From contig JBAXBA010000013.1 in the NCBI GenBank assembly GCA_037142195.1, forward strand, positions 1 through 56,366: a stretch of DNA of 56,366 bases, given 5' to 3'. Numbering within the stretch: position 1 is the first letter of the stretch; each line of letters starts with the position of its first letter. Below, piece after piece: positions 1-11,321 of the stretch. Source of the stretch: Pseudomonadota bacterium (lineage in GTDB: Bacteria > Bdellovibrionota_B > Oligoflexia > Oligoflexales > CAIMVM01). The notes below the pieces were generated by a model, which saw only the letters and a list, made by a program, of their open reading frames with translations, had not been told where the DNA came from and did not search any database. A program made the position numbers and the translations under genes.

Positions 1-169
1 TCTCTTCGCAAAACAAAGTCGCCTGAAAAGGCTCCCACTTGCTAATCGATATTTGGCAAATATTCCGAATTACAAAGAAACCGCTATGTAGCCCAATCTG
101 TTGCGGAGAGGTCCAAAAACTCAATGCAGAGAAGACAAGACGAAGCCCTATGTATCTGCGGGGGGGCCC

Positions 170-203
170 GCCAAAAAAATTGCCAAAAAAATTGCCAAAA
201 AAA
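170..203. repeat. 12-bp tandem repeat GCCAAAAAAATT x2.8
   Basis: Direct reading: gccaaaaaaatt gccaaaaaaatt gccaaaaaaa, upstream of the glt operon. Confidence 0.9.
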
Positions 204-341
204 CTGACTGAAGCCTAAAAAAAACCACCAGACGGCCGCAACCAACCATAACTATTAAACTTAATGTCGGAATGAAGAAATCATTCATTTTTTTTATCAA
301 ATACCCGAATCCACGAGTGGTGCTTATTAGAGGAGATTCTC

Positions 342-1046
342 ATGGTCATTCGCAGTCTAGCGATAACATTAGCTATGATTACGTCAATTGCGAGCAAGTC
401 TTGGTCGGCTGAGCTGGACGCATCCAGTATTCGCGGTGAACCTAGGGATAAGGTCGTGGGAGTTGTCCAAAACAGATACTTTACAAAATCTTGGCGCCCT
501 AACCTTTCCTATATAACGGGAAGATTCCTAGATGAAGGTTTTACGAAGACTACCTACAAAGGCGGTCGATTGAGTATCTTCCCAAATGAGTGGGTGGGCC
601 TTGAAATCCAGTCTGGATCGACAACAGTAGAAGATGCTCCGGACCGCACTGCTTTGAATCGCATCAAATACTGTAAAGTAGATGCCGATTGTACCAACCC
701 AGCTACCTCGGTCTTGGTTTCACCGGATCCAGAAGTTAACCGCGTTTCCAAATTTACGGAATACAGTTTAGTGGGGGTTCCTTTCTATGGGAAAATCAAT
801 ATCGCAAACCAGTTTCTAATCTATTCGGACATCTATGCGGTCCTTGGCTTTGGCCAACTTGATACGGATCAAGGTTCAAAAAAGGACATCATTTGGGGCT
901 TTGGACAACGTTTTTATCTCAATCGCTTCTTCAACGTACAGTATGATTTTAGACAACGTCGTTGGACCGAAAAAAGAGCCAACCAAGACTCCTTGCATAC
1001 AGTCTGGTGCCTAGACCTAGGAATCGGAGCCTTCCTATGGAAGTAA
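342..1046 (+). CDS. Outer-membrane beta-barrel protein, myxobacterial GltA/GltB/GltH-like
   Basis: Signal peptide, VVQNRYFTK and VPFYGKIN motifs typical of the myxobacterial/Bdellovibrio OMP family, alternating aromatic strands, RBS gaggag; heads a TPR operon. Confidence 0.75.
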   Translation: MVIRSLAITLAMITSIASKSWSAELDASSIRGEPRDKVVGVVQNRYFTKSWRPNLSYITGRFLDEGFTKTTYKGGRLSIFPNEWVGLEIQSGSTTVEDAPDRTALNRIKYCKVDADCTNPATSVLVSPDPEVNRVSKFTEYSLVGVPFYGKINIANQFLIYSDIYAVLGFGQLDTDQGSKKDIIWGFGQRFYLNRFFNVQYDFRQRRWTEKRANQDSLHTVWCLDLGIGAFLWK

Positions 1047-2590
1047 AAGCACCACTTATAGCAATCGGAATAGCGCTACTACTTTCGCCAAACGCGAGGG
1101 CTAACCCGACGGAATTCACAAAAAAAATATTAGCAGCTTCCAACCCGAAAAGCTCACCAAAAGAAAACTGGGATAATTTAGAGAAGCTTTACCCTCTATT
1201 GAACAACGCCGATAATAAAGACAAAGCACTCTTTTACAGCCAAGAAGCAGACACCCTCTACAAGGCTGGATTTCCGAGACTTGCGACTGCCATCTTAGTA
1301 GAAGCACAAAATAGCATAGATTCCAAATCCTTTCCAAAATGGATAGACCGAAACTGGCAAGAGGCTGCAAAAGCCTCTAAAAAGACTGATCTATCCTTGA
1401 TTCTTACTCAAATCATTTTAAAGGACGCGAGTCCGCCAGGATTTGGCCAGGATTGGGACTATTTCAACGGCCTAAGATTAGAGAAAACAGGCTCGAAAGA
1501 AGAAGCCAAAAAGGCTTTCATGAATGTAGATCAAAATTCGTGGTACTATCCCAAAGCCCTCTTTCATCGCGCCATACTGGCAGTTAGTGAGAATAATTTT
1601 CAAGAGGCCAAAAAGAACATAAGAACATCTCTCGTTCGTCTAGACCTCAGACAAGGAACCAGCTACCCTGAAAAAGTTAAGGTTAAACTACGCAGCGAGC
1701 TCTGGCTGAACCTGGCGCGCATCTATTACGAAACATCGAAGTTTGATCTTTCTATTCAAGCCTACCGCAATGTAGAACGAACCACGCCTTTCTACTCAGA
1801 TGCTTTATTTGAGCAGTCCTGGGCGCTTTTTATGGGCGGCTATCCCAATCATGCACTGGGAAGTCTCTATAGCCTAACAAGCCCTTGGTACAGCTCAAGA
1901 TACAAGCCTGAAGCTGACATGCTAGAAAGCATCATCTACTTTTGGTTGTGTGACTACAATGCATCAAGAGTTTCCTTAGCAAAGTTTATATCAAGACATC
2001 AAAGCACTATTAAAGGCGTTGATGAGTTCCTAACTAAAAAAACAAATTCCGCAAAAGATGCGTGGGACATATTTGAAAACTTCACCACTGGGGTGAGCTC
2101 GGATTCCATAGGAATAGACAGAAACCTTTTGGCAGAAGCCATCTTTCAGGAAAGTTTAGTCCCCTTTCGAGAACATCTCGCTGGTCTCTTCGATGAGAAA
2201 AAGAAATTACAGATTAAAGGAGTCAACAATAGCAAATCCATCGACAACGTCGCTAAAGTGCTTGATCGTCAAATAGAGATGTCCAAACTCATCCTCGGAG
2301 AACAGCTTCTGCGAGAACTGATGGTACTGCACAAGGACTTTATAAGACTTAGAGACCACGCAGAGTTACTCTATGTGGAACTCCTTACAAGTGAAAAAGA
2401 CAAGCTCCTAGGAAAAGAGCTATACAAAGACTCAAAAATCACTGACGCTTCTGCAAAAAAGCCCAGTGTTTGGAATATAGGCGTGAAACAAACTTGGGCT
2501 GCTTCTGACAAAGACGAGTTTTGGAGCGATGAAATTGGATTCTATGTGTTTAAGGAAAAATCAATGTGTTCGCCTGTTTTAAAGGAGTAA
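1037..2590 (+). CDS. gltC: TPR protein, GltC-like gliding motility component
   Basis: Start moved to ATG 1037 (ggag RBS, signal peptide MEVKAPLIAIGIALLL); TPRs (LNLARIYYE, DALFEQSWA); C-terminal EFWSDEIGFY...C motif. Confidence 0.65.
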   Translation: MEVKAPLIAIGIALLLSPNARANPTEFTKKILAASNPKSSPKENWDNLEKLYPLLNNADNKDKALFYSQEADTLYKAGFPRLATAILVEAQNSIDSKSFPKWIDRNWQEAAKASKKTDLSLILTQIILKDASPPGFGQDWDYFNGLRLEKTGSKEEAKKAFMNVDQNSWYYPKALFHRAILAVSENNFQEAKKNIRTSLVRLDLRQGTSYPEKVKVKLRSELWLNLARIYYETSKFDLSIQAYRNVERTTPFYSDALFEQSWALFMGGYPNHALGSLYSLTSPWYSSRYKPEADMLESIIYFWLCDYNASRVSLAKFISRHQSTIKGVDEFLTKKTNSAKDAWDIFENFTTGVSSDSIGIDRNLLAEAIFQESLVPFREHLAGLFDEKKKLQIKGVNNSKSIDNVAKVLDRQIEMSKLILGEQLLRELMVLHKDFIRLRDHAELLYVELLTSEKDKLLGKELYKDSKITDASAKKPSVWNIGVKQTWAASDKDEFWSDEIGFYVFKEKSMCSPVLKE

Positions 2591-2593
2591 GAT

Positions 2594-5500
2594 ATGTTTA
2601 TAAAATGGGTATCCCTAAGTTATCTCGGATTCATTCTTTCAAGCGGCTTGAGCTTTGGTCAAAATGCCATCAAAAAAACTTCTGGCGTAGTGGCATCGCC
2701 TGGCGTTGATAAGTTTACTGCATTTCCTTCAACCACTGACACCACCGAAAACAAACTAAAAGCAGATGCTATTCGCGTCACGACCATTAAGACGGTTTCT
2801 AATATCTTAAAAACTTCAAAACCAACAGGTGCGAAGAAATTGGAACTCACCTTAAGACTCGCTGAGCTGCTCTTGGAAAGGCATGATTATCTCCGAGAGA
2901 CTGAGTATGCCCAATTTCAGGCAAATTGGGATGCTTGGTCCAAAGAAAAACAGATCAATACCAGCTCTTCTAAGCCTGAACCCAAACCCAACAATACAAA
3001 CTCCAAACTAGAGTTATCAAATGCCATTGCCATCCTTAGAAAACTAGTCACGGAATTCCCTAACAACCCTAAAACCCCAAAAGCACTATACGTACTTGGA
3101 CAATCTATGCTTCTAGCGGAAAATGACAACGCAGAAGAATACCTCACACGGCTAGTCAAGGGATTTCCTGACTCTGAAGTTTTTCCTGACGGATGTCTTG
3201 CCTTAGGGGAGTTCTATTTTGAAAGACGGAAAATGCCTTTGGCCCAAGAATATTATAAGAAGGTTTTGAACTTTAAAGATCACAAAGCTTTTGTCTATGC
3301 CATCTATAAGCTAGGATGGACTAACTACAACTTAGCGCATGAATCAGAAAATCAATCGGCTAAACTATTTCAACAATCCCTTACTTCCATGAAACTCGTA
3401 GTTCGTATGACTATGAAATCCAAAGAAACTTCTAAGAACGTGAATCTTCATGACGAAGCTATAAATGATCTTGTGGTCATCTGGGCCGATGCAGGAGACA
3501 TAGAAGGAGCTTTTGCATTTTTCAAAGAAGTTGGAGCTGAAGACAAGTACTACGACATGCTCGAACGTCTGGCTGGGATCTATGCAGATCAAGGTAAGAA
3601 AAAAGAATCTATGACCTTATACAACAAGATTCTAGCTGAAACTCCTCTTAGAAAAAGAAATCCTGAAGTTCTAACAAAAATGGTAGAACTCTCCGAGGAT
3701 GGAGTAAATATAGTAAAACTTGCTGATGTTGTTAAAACGATGAATGATTTTTTGTCTCCGACATCACCCTGGAGCAAAGAGTGGGAAAAAGACAAGGATC
3801 TCTCCACCAAGGTTTTAAATAATAGAGAAAAATTAACAAAATTTTACGGCACCAAATATCATAAGATAAATCAGAAGTCGGCTAATAGAGACTATGCCGT
3901 ATCTGCAGCTAAGATCTATGCAAACTATCTTGAGAACTTCGAAAAGAACCCCTCTGCCTATGAAATTCGATTCTATCTTGCAGACCTTCTCTTAACCCTC
4001 AATCAACCCGAAACCAGTGCGAAGCAATTTCTAATAGTCGCTCAGACAAAAGATCAAGACAAGTACAGGAAAGAAGCAAGCACGAGCGCTGTTGCTGCGG
4101 CAGAAATCAATTTGACTAAAAATAAAATTGACGACCAAAATCTATCACCTTCCAGCAAGCCCACAGCACTTCCAAAAGAGAGAGTCCTTTGGAAGCAAGC
4201 CATAGAGAACTTTGTCAGCTTCTATCCTCAAGACCCTTTAGCTCCTACCATGATGTTTAGTTTGGCAAGTACTCTCTTTCGATATGGGTATAAAACCGAT
4301 TCTGTGAAAATCTATGAGACTGTAGCTCAAAGATTCCCGGCAACCAAACAAGGAAAAGATTCCGCAAAATTTGTCATCGAATATGAATTTGAAAACAAAA
4401 ATTATGACAATCTTTACGCGAAAGCGAGCAGCTATTTAAAAATGCCACAGCTCATCGAAGACAAGCCTCTTCACACCCACCTTCTCGGAAGACTCAGGGA
4501 AGCTGTTTTTGGGAAAGGACTTGCTTTAGAGGAAGAAAGTAAATTTAGAGAAGCCGCTGATCATTTTTCGAACTTTCAAAAAAGCTACCCTGCCGACGAC
4601 ATCGCTGACAAGGCTACATTTAATGCCATTACGAACTATTACAAAGCGGGATATATCGTAGGTGCCGTGAGTGCCAGTGAGCTTCTGATCGCTACCTATC
4701 CTAAAAGCAAGCTTAGAGCTGATGTATTAGCTTCCCTCGCTGAAACTCGCGAAAATCTAGGAGAATTCGATCTTGCCCAAACCAACTATATGTATTTTGC
4801 TACCCAGTACCCAGCTGACACGAGAAGCCGACTAGCGGTTGTCAATAGTGCTCGACTAAGAAAAGGATTGGGAAAGATCGCTGATGCGAAAGCAGCCTAT
4901 TTATATTTTATAAGAAGCTGGCCGAATGACCCTCTTGCCAACGAGTCCAAAAAAGAGTTGGCCGAAATGCTCGAATCCGCATCTTCACAAGTAGAAGCTC
5001 GAGAAGCCTGGCAGACCTATTTTACATCAGCGATCAGTCCTGAAGAGAGAATGAACGCAGAAGCTCACATAGCACTCAACTCCGACGAAAAAGAAAAATC
5101 AAAAATTCTGAGAGCTATTGCCACAAAGCTAGCCAATTCAAAAATGCCTGCGCAAGAAGCGAGGTCCATTGTGGGCAAATATCTCTTCTCATTTGCGGAA
5201 AAAGATGTTGATAACTTTATAAAACAAGCCCCTATAAACCCCAGAACATTGGAAGCTAGCATTAAAGCTAAGAATCAAATTCTAATCAGCATCACGAACA
5301 AGCTAGTAGACATTACCAAGACTTCTGGGCCTGAATATATCGTCGCTTCCAATGTAAAACTAGGTGATATGCATCGGGCTTTTGCAAAAGACCTTATCAA
5401 TGTAGAGCCCCTCGGCAAGAAAGAAGACGTGGAGGCCCAAAAAAATCAGCTGGAAAAGCTATCCTTAGGTCTTTCTGATCAGGCTAAAGAGTATTTTTCT

Positions 5501-5680
5501 GATGCATGGAAGGCCTCCGCCGATATCCCTAGTTTTACTCCTTGGTCCAAAACGGCATTTTCCAGAATGTCTGAAATAAATCCTGCTGAGTTTAGAAATA
5601 TTTCGGTCGAGATCATTTCACCGAAGTATCTCGGACATCGTTTAAAACTAACTGAAGACACCAAAAGCTTAAGCCATTAG
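2594..5680 (+). CDS. gltD: Large TPR protein, GltD/AgmU-like
   Basis: 1028 aa, signal peptide, many TPRs (LALGEFYFE, YAIYKLGWTNYNL), position between GltC-like and GltE-like genes. Confidence 0.7.
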   Translation: MFIKWVSLSYLGFILSSGLSFGQNAIKKTSGVVASPGVDKFTAFPSTTDTTENKLKADAIRVTTIKTVSNILKTSKPTGAKKLELTLRLAELLLERHDYLRETEYAQFQANWDAWSKEKQINTSSSKPEPKPNNTNSKLELSNAIAILRKLVTEFPNNPKTPKALYVLGQSMLLAENDNAEEYLTRLVKGFPDSEVFPDGCLALGEFYFERRKMPLAQEYYKKVLNFKDHKAFVYAIYKLGWTNYNLAHESENQSAKLFQQSLTSMKLVVRMTMKSKETSKNVNLHDEAINDLVVIWADAGDIEGAFAFFKEVGAEDKYYDMLERLAGIYADQGKKKESMTLYNKILAETPLRKRNPEVLTKMVELSEDGVNIVKLADVVKTMNDFLSPTSPWSKEWEKDKDLSTKVLNNREKLTKFYGTKYHKINQKSANRDYAVSAAKIYANYLENFEKNPSAYEIRFYLADLLLTLNQPETSAKQFLIVAQTKDQDKYRKEASTSAVAAAEINLTKNKIDDQNLSPSSKPTALPKERVLWKQAIENFVSFYPQDPLAPTMMFSLASTLFRYGYKTDSVKIYETVAQRFPATKQGKDSAKFVIEYEFENKNYDNLYAKASSYLKMPQLIEDKPLHTHLLGRLREAVFGKGLALEEESKFREAADHFSNFQKSYPADDIADKATFNAITNYYKAGYIVGAVSASELLIATYPKSKLRADVLASLAETRENLGEFDLAQTNYMYFATQYPADTRSRLAVVNSARLRKGLGKIADAKAAYLYFIRSWPNDPLANESKKELAEMLESASSQVEAREAWQTYFTSAISPEERMNAEAHIALNSDEKEKSKILRAIATKLANSKMPAQEARSIVGKYLFSFAEKDVDNFIKQAPINPRTLEASIKAKNQILISITNKLVDITKTSGPEYIVASNVKLGDMHRAFAKDLINVEPLGKKEDVEAQKNQLEKLSLGLSDQAKEYFSDAWKASADIPSFTPWSKTAFSRMSEINPAEFRNISVEIISPKYLGHRLKLTEDTKSLSH

Positions 5681-5689
5681 GAGGCGACC

Positions 5690-6724
5690 ATGAAAACTAC
5701 AACTTTAGCATTTTTCCTTTTGATTTCAGGCTGCGCTGCCACGACAGCTCGTTACGTCGATGGCAGTAGGAATGAAGTAGCTCTGGTGTCGACAGATTCG
5801 GCGGAGAGTCTCCACGGACAAGGAATTAAAAAAGGCGCTGCCGACGGCGCCATCAAAAAGTTGACGGCAAGTCTCACCGAGAAGCCGAAAGACACAAATC
5901 GAAAAGATAGCTTCCTTGAACTTGCACGGCTTTATCTCGCAAAGGGCAATCTTGATTTAGCAGAAAAAAACGTCAAGAAGTCCTTGGAGCTTGATATCAA
6001 GAATTTGGACTCTAAGTTAGTTTTGGCACAAGTATACTACCGCAAAGGCCTAATGGATATGGCTACTATGTTACTCCAGGGCGAATCCATGACCCAGATC
6101 CGAGGGTCCGAAATGCATAATCTCCTTGCATTAATAGCTATAAAAAAGGCACATCCTGAGGAAGCTTGGGCACATTTTGAAAATGCCATTCGCTTGGATG
6201 AAACCAATATTGCAGCTCGTCTTAATTATGGAATGATGCTTCTTGACCACAGCTTGGACCGCAAAGCTGGAATCCAGTTTGAAAGAACTTTGTCTCTCGT
6301 ACCTACTCAACCTGATGCCCTCCTTATGATGGCCATGATCAAGGCTCGCCGAGGAGATTTAGCGGGAGCTGAAATCGACTTAGAAAAGTTAAACAGCGAC
6401 CACGGAAAAAACCATGTTGTACTTTACAACTATGGTTCGGTACTCTACGCCTCCGAAAAATACCAAAAATCACTTGAAGTTCTTAAAGGATACCTGGCTT
6501 CGACAAAAGTCGCTCTTCCCAATTCCGACGAAGCCATCGCTATGATAGAAGGTGCCCAAGATCGATTGAAGGAACTTGAAAAAGGTGACTCAGAAGTAGC
6601 AGAAGAAGTCAAAAAAATGCAGGCAAGCCCAGCAAAAACTCCTGCCCTGCAAGCCGAGGAGAATAGAGAAGCCGAGCTGAAGAACTCTGATGCTGACGCG
6701 CTTAATGATTTGATTGGCCATTAG
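5690..6724 (+). CDS. gltE: TPR lipoprotein, GltE/AglT-like
   Basis: Lipobox LISG-C, TPRs, ggagg RBS, synteny. Confidence 0.65.
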   Translation: MKTTTLAFFLLISGCAATTARYVDGSRNEVALVSTDSAESLHGQGIKKGAADGAIKKLTASLTEKPKDTNRKDSFLELARLYLAKGNLDLAEKNVKKSLELDIKNLDSKLVLAQVYYRKGLMDMATMLLQGESMTQIRGSEMHNLLALIAIKKAHPEEAWAHFENAIRLDETNIAARLNYGMMLLDHSLDRKAGIQFERTLSLVPTQPDALLMMAMIKARRGDLAGAEIDLEKLNSDHGKNHVVLYNYGSVLYASEKYQKSLEVLKGYLASTKVALPNSDEAIAMIEGAQDRLKELEKGDSEVAEEVKKMQASPAKTPALQAEENREAELKNSDADALNDLIGH

Positions 6725-6750
6725 AATCGCACCATAGGGAGGATTTACTT

Positions 6751-7158
6751 ATGATCTCAATACCTTTATTGCCCATCTTCATGGTTGCAGTGATTTCTTT
6801 TTCGAAGTTTGGCTACTCGCAGTCTGACGCTGAGACCAACACTCAAAAGCAAGCACCACCTAAACAAAAAATAGAGAATTCCAAATCTCTCGCCAGTCCT
6901 TCGACCCCCAAGAAAGAAACGGCTGTTCAGACAAAAGAGGAAGCTGATGTTAATGATATCGGAGACACTAAAATAGTGGAACAATCGCGCACGAACATCG
7001 ATTTTTCAGAGAGCCTTATAGAAGGTAAAATGAATGCTCCTAGTGGATTTCTGATCCAAGGTAGGCTGAGCCAGGATCTCACACGGATGGTGCGACTGAG
7101 AACCAGCTTCAAGCCAGAAATGTTAAAATCAACCGGCATTCCGGAAAAAAATCCCTAG
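6751..7158 (+). CDS. gltF: GltF/CglF-like small periplasmic gliding protein
   Basis: Signal peptide, low-complexity linker, C-terminal IDFSESLIEGKMNAPSG...MVRLRTSF matching the GltF pattern DF-x4-IEG-x3-P-x-G...IR-x-R-x2-F. Confidence 0.7.
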   Translation: MISIPLLPIFMVAVISFSKFGYSQSDAETNTQKQAPPKQKIENSKSLASPSTPKKETAVQTKEEADVNDIGDTKIVEQSRTNIDFSESLIEGKMNAPSGFLIQGRLSQDLTRMVRLRTSFKPEMLKSTGIPEKNP

Positions 7159-7265
7159 AAATACGCATCTATCGCCTACCAAGATGGAGACGTTGATGAC
7201 ATCGCCGGTTTGTTTTTAGCGCGAGCTCGTGACAATTCCCAAAATAGTCTCTGGCTTAAGACTTC

Positions 7266-10200
7266 CTACTTCTTTTTGACCTCTTCCACAAATTCCCTGG
7301 CGTTTTCAAACATTCTTAGCCATGGAGAATTCTCGCCCCAGCTTTCCGGATGCCAGCTATGACTCAGCGTTCTATAGACACGTTCTGGATGGGGCATCAT
7401 GATAAGGATACGACCATTTTCATTGATGTAACCAGCAATCCCTTCAGGGGATCCGTTGGGATTTCTAGGATAAGATTCCGTTGCTTGGCCAAAATGATCT
7501 AAATACCTGAGTGCCACTTGTCCCGCAGATTTCTCACGTGAAGCCCTCTCGCTAAACTCGGCCTGCCCTTCGCCGTGTGACACAGCTATAGGAAGCCGAC
7601 TACCCGCCATCCCCTTAAAGAAAATAGATTTGGTTTCGCTGATCCCTACAAGGGCGACTCGCGCTTCAAAGCGATCAGAACGATTCTTTACAAATCGCGG
7701 CCAATGATCCGCACCAGGAATGATTTCTTTAAGAGAAGCCATCATTTGGCAGCCGTTACAAACGCCTAGGGCGAATATATCTGGACGCTTAAAAAAGGTT
7801 TCAAATTCTTGGCGAAGACGACGATGAAATAAAATGGTTTTAGCCCACCCCTCGCCCGCGCCTAGTACATCCCCGTAGGAAAACCCACCACAAGCCACAA
7901 GACCGCTAAAGCCGGCAAGTGATACTTTTCCAGAAATCAAATCTGACATGTGGACATCGACGCAGGTAAATTGAGCTTTGGTAAATGCAGCTGCCATTTC
8001 TAAATGACCATTGACCCCTTCTTCACGCAAAACAGCAACTAAGGGCCGATCTTTATAAGTAATGGACTTTCTCTTGGAGTCAAAACTTTCATAACTCCCT
8101 AGCCCCGGGTCTTGCTCATTTTGTTTGGAAAGATACTCGGTCAGGGCATCCTCTGGGTTATCGCGCAAAGACTGCATGTGATAACTTAATTTCGACCAAA
8201 GAGCCATCAGTTCAGGTCGTTCCCTGGATAAAACCCTCCTGCCATCACGACTCACAGAAATGGAAGTTCCCTTATTAACTGAACTCATAACATGGAAGGA
8301 ATCGATTCCACAGTGCTTCAGAATCTGGCTAAAGGAATCCTTATCACAAGACTTTATCTGAAAGAGGGCACCTAGCTCTTCCGAGAACAGAACCTGGGCA
8401 TCACTTCCTTTAAAATTGGAAATATCGAGATCCAAAGTTGCCCGGCCCGCAAAAGCCATTTCAATAGCCGTCAAAAGAAGTCCACCATCTGAAACATCAT
8501 GGTAGGCTAAAACTAAGTTTTGTTTTCTTAATTCGGTTACAGCAGCAAAAAATCTCTTTAAAAGCTCGCCATCCACATCAGGAGTTTCCGTTGCCACTTG
8601 ATTGTAGACTTGACTCAAGCACGAACCACCCATTCTAAACTTTCCGCAACCTAAATCCACCCAAACCAAGAGGCTCCCGCCTTCCACATGACGAAGTTCG
8701 GGAGTCCAGGTTCGTCTGACATCCTGAACACGCGAAAACGCTGAAATTACCAAGGACATAGGAGATGTCATGGTTCTATGGGAGTGGGCTCCTTTAGAGT
8801 CTACTTCGGACCAGCTGGTTTGCATGGACATCGAATCCTTTCCCACCGGAATGGCGATTCCAAGTTGAGGGCAAAGATCCATTCCTATAGCTTCTACCGC
8901 TTCATATAAGCCCGCACCATCCCGTTCATGACCTGCTGCCGCTTGCCAATTTGCAGAAAGTCGGATGTCTTCCAATTTTTCCACATCAGCTGCTGCTAGG
9001 TTTAAAATGGCTTCACCTACCGCCATCCGTGCCGAAGCTCTATAGTTAATGACGGCCAAAGGACCTTTTTCGCCCATGGCCATAGCTTCGCCACAAGTAT
9101 CTTCATAGGAAAGCGCCGTTACGCCGCAATCGGCAATAGGAATCTGCCAGGGACCTACCATCTGGTCTCTAGCTACGAGGCCCGTAACGGAACGGTCTCC
9201 TATGGTTATCAGAAAAGATTTATCTGCAATGGCTGGAAGTTGCAGTAGACGAGTTAAGGCGTCATTGAGATCCAAATTTTTATGTTGCAAGGTCTCCACC
9301 GGCCCAGGCAGCTTGCGGGCCTCCCGATGCATTTTAGGCGGTTTCCCTAAGAGTATATCAAGAGGCATATCGATAGGTTTGTTGTTGAAATAGCTATCGA
9401 TCACGATGAGTTTTTTTTCTTTTGTCGTTTCCCCGATCACTGCATAGGGGGCTCGCTCCCTATGACACATTTCTTCAAATTTCCCTAAGTCATCTTCGGC
9501 AATCGTGAGAACATAACGTTCTTGAGATTCATTACACCAAAGTTCCAACGGGGACATTTCAGGCTCATCACAAGGAATGGCTCTAAGTTGGATGACACCG
9601 CCAAGCCCACCGTCATTAATGATTTCTGGAACGGCATTGGAGAGTCCCCCTGCGCCAACATCATGTATGAAACAAATGGGATTTTGATCTCCCAATGCTG
9701 TACAGCTATCGATGACTTCTTGGCACCTTCTTTCCATCTCAGCGTTGTCTCGTTGCACAGAGGCGAAGTCGAGACTTTCTCGCGAGTCGCCAGAGGCCAC
9801 TGAAGAAGCTGCACCCCCTCCTAAACCGATAAGCATCGCAGGGCCGCCAAGCACGACGATTTTGGCTCCTTCGGTCATGGGCTTCTTTTGAATGTGATTA
9901 CGTCTCATATTTCCGTAACCACCAGCAATCATAATGGGCTTATGGTAGCCGCGAAGCTCGAAACCTTGAGGCATGGAAATCCGCTCTTCATAAGTGCGAA
10001 AATACCCGGTTAATGCGGGCCGACCAAATTCATTATTAAAGGCTGCCGCTCCCAAGGGACCGTCCACCATAATTTGAAGGGCTGATGCCATGCGATCTGG
10101 CTTACCATAGTCTTGTTCCCAAGGAAGGGAATAGCCTGGAACTTTGAGATTGGAGACCGAAAACCCCACAAGGCCTGCCTTAGGTTTTGAGCCTCTTCCC

Positions 10201-11177
10201 GTAGCTCCTTCATCTCTTATCTCGCCGCCAGATCCCGTAGCGGCACCCGCATAGGGTGCGATTGCTGTTGGGTGATTATGGGTCTCCACCTTCATGAGGA
10301 TGTCGATAGGTTCTTCATGGGCTTCATAGGTATGAGTCGCTGAATCAACTCGAAATCTTTTGCCCACAAACCCCTCCATAACGGAGGCATTATCCTTATA
10401 AGCAGAAAGAATTCCATGGGGACTTTTCTCAAACGTATTCTTAATCATTTGAAACAATGATTTTTCTTGCTTGATTCCGTCAAGACTCCAAGAGGCATTA
10501 AAAATCTTATGGCGACAATGCTCTGAATTCGCTTGAGCAAACATCATAAGTTCTACATCCGTCGGATCACGCCCTAATGCATCAAATGCAGCTAAAAGAT
10601 AATCCATTTCATCCAGAGCTAGCGCCAGCCCAAGGTTTTGATTCGCGTCTAACAGGGCTTGTTTGCCAAATTTCCTAATCTCTATAAAAGTCACGGGCTT
10701 TGGTTTTAAAGACTTAAAAAGTTGTTTTGCTTCCTTTAAGTCTGGAATAACACTTTCCGTCATTTGATCATGGAGCCAAGGGGCGACCACTTCCCGAGAC
10801 ACACTTCCTTGAATTTGAAAGAACTTCCCTCGCTCGAGTCTTAAAACTTTGTCCAAACCCACATTCTTGCATATATCAGTAGCTTTCGACGCCCAAGGCG
10901 AAATGGTTCCAAGGCGAGGAATGACTGTAAACTCACAACCGATTTGTTTTCTATCCTGGGTTCCACGAGACGTCTCTTTGACCTCTGACCGGGGCCCGTA
11001 GGTTAAGAGTTTTTCTAATATTTCCAGTTCCTGGGGTGTGAGCTCAGAACTCAAACTTACAAAATGAACGTAGTAAGCTGAAATCTCCTCTATCTGAGTA
11101 TTTCGCGACTTTAATTCCCCAAGGAGTCGTTTTTGGGCAGAGTGAGAGAACACTTGAGATCCCTTAAGAATTAGCAC
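7266..11177 (-). CDS. purL: Phosphoribosylformylglycinamidine synthase (large fused PurL)
   Basis: [36 protein letters not shown], glutaminase GVCNGCQ and MPHPER; 1303 aa; GTG start. Confidence 0.98.
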   Translation of the reverse strand: MLILKGSQVFSHSAQKRLLGELKSRNTQIEEISAYYVHFVSLSSELTPQELEILEKLLTYGPRSEVKETSRGTQDRKQIGCEFTVIPRLGTISPWASKATDICKNVGLDKVLRLERGKFFQIQGSVSREVVAPWLHDQMTESVIPDLKEAKQLFKSLKPKPVTFIEIRKFGKQALLDANQNLGLALALDEMDYLLAAFDALGRDPTDVELMMFAQANSEHCRHKIFNASWSLDGIKQEKSLFQMIKNTFEKSPHGILSAYKDNASVMEGFVGKRFRVDSATHTYEAHEEPIDILMKVETHNHPTAIAPYAGAATGSGGEIRDEGATGRGSKPKAGLVGFSVSNLKVPGYSLPWEQDYGKPDRMASALQIMVDGPLGAAAFNNEFGRPALTGYFRTYEERISMPQGFELRGYHKPIMIAGGYGNMRRNHIQKKPMTEGAKIVVLGGPAMLIGLGGGAASSVASGDSRESLDFASVQRDNAEMERRCQEVIDSCTALGDQNPICFIHDVGAGGLSNAVPEIINDGGLGGVIQLRAIPCDEPEMSPLELWCNESQERYVLTIAEDDLGKFEEMCHRERAPYAVIGETTKEKKLIVIDSYFNNKPIDMPLDILLGKPPKMHREARKLPGPVETLQHKNLDLNDALTRLLQLPAIADKSFLITIGDRSVTGLVARDQMVGPWQIPIADCGVTALSYEDTCGEAMAMGEKGPLAVINYRASARMAVGEAILNLAAADVEKLEDIRLSANWQAAAGHERDGAGLYEAVEAIGMDLCPQLGIAIPVGKDSMSMQTSWSEVDSKGAHSHRTMTSPMSLVISAFSRVQDVRRTWTPELRHVEGGSLLVWVDLGCGKFRMGGSCLSQVYNQVATETPDVDGELLKRFFAAVTELRKQNLVLAYHDVSDGGLLLTAIEMAFAGRATLDLDISNFKGSDAQVLFSEELGALFQIKSCDKDSFSQILKHCGIDSFHVMSSVNKGTSISVSRDGRRVLSRERPELMALWSKLSYHMQSLRDNPEDALTEYLSKQNEQDPGLGSYESFDSKRKSITYKDRPLVAVLREEGVNGHLEMAAAFTKAQFTCVDVHMSDLISGKVSLAGFSGLVACGGFSYGDVLGAGEGWAKTILFHRRLRQEFETFFKRPDIFALGVCNGCQMMASLKEIIPGADHWPRFVKNRSDRFEARVALVGISETKSIFFKGMAGSRLPIAVSHGEGQAEFSERASREKSAGQVALRYLDHFGQATESYPRNPNGSPEGIAGYINENGRILIMMPHPERVYRTLSHSWHPESWGENSPWLRMFENAREFVEEVKKK

Positions 11178-11321
11178 GACGTCCCCCTAGACAATGGAAT
11201 GGCTATTTTTTAGCAGTAAATTCCCCTTACTGCAACGACCCACCTTTGACTTAAAGAACTAAGTTGTGTATTTTTAATGGCACTTAGGCCGCTATGCCGG
11301 CTAGAATTTAGGAGGCCTTTC

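Noticed and set aside
962..1036. 25-aa N-terminal extension of the GltC-like ORF
   Set aside because: Overlaps the upstream gene; ATG 1037 has an RBS and a signal peptide
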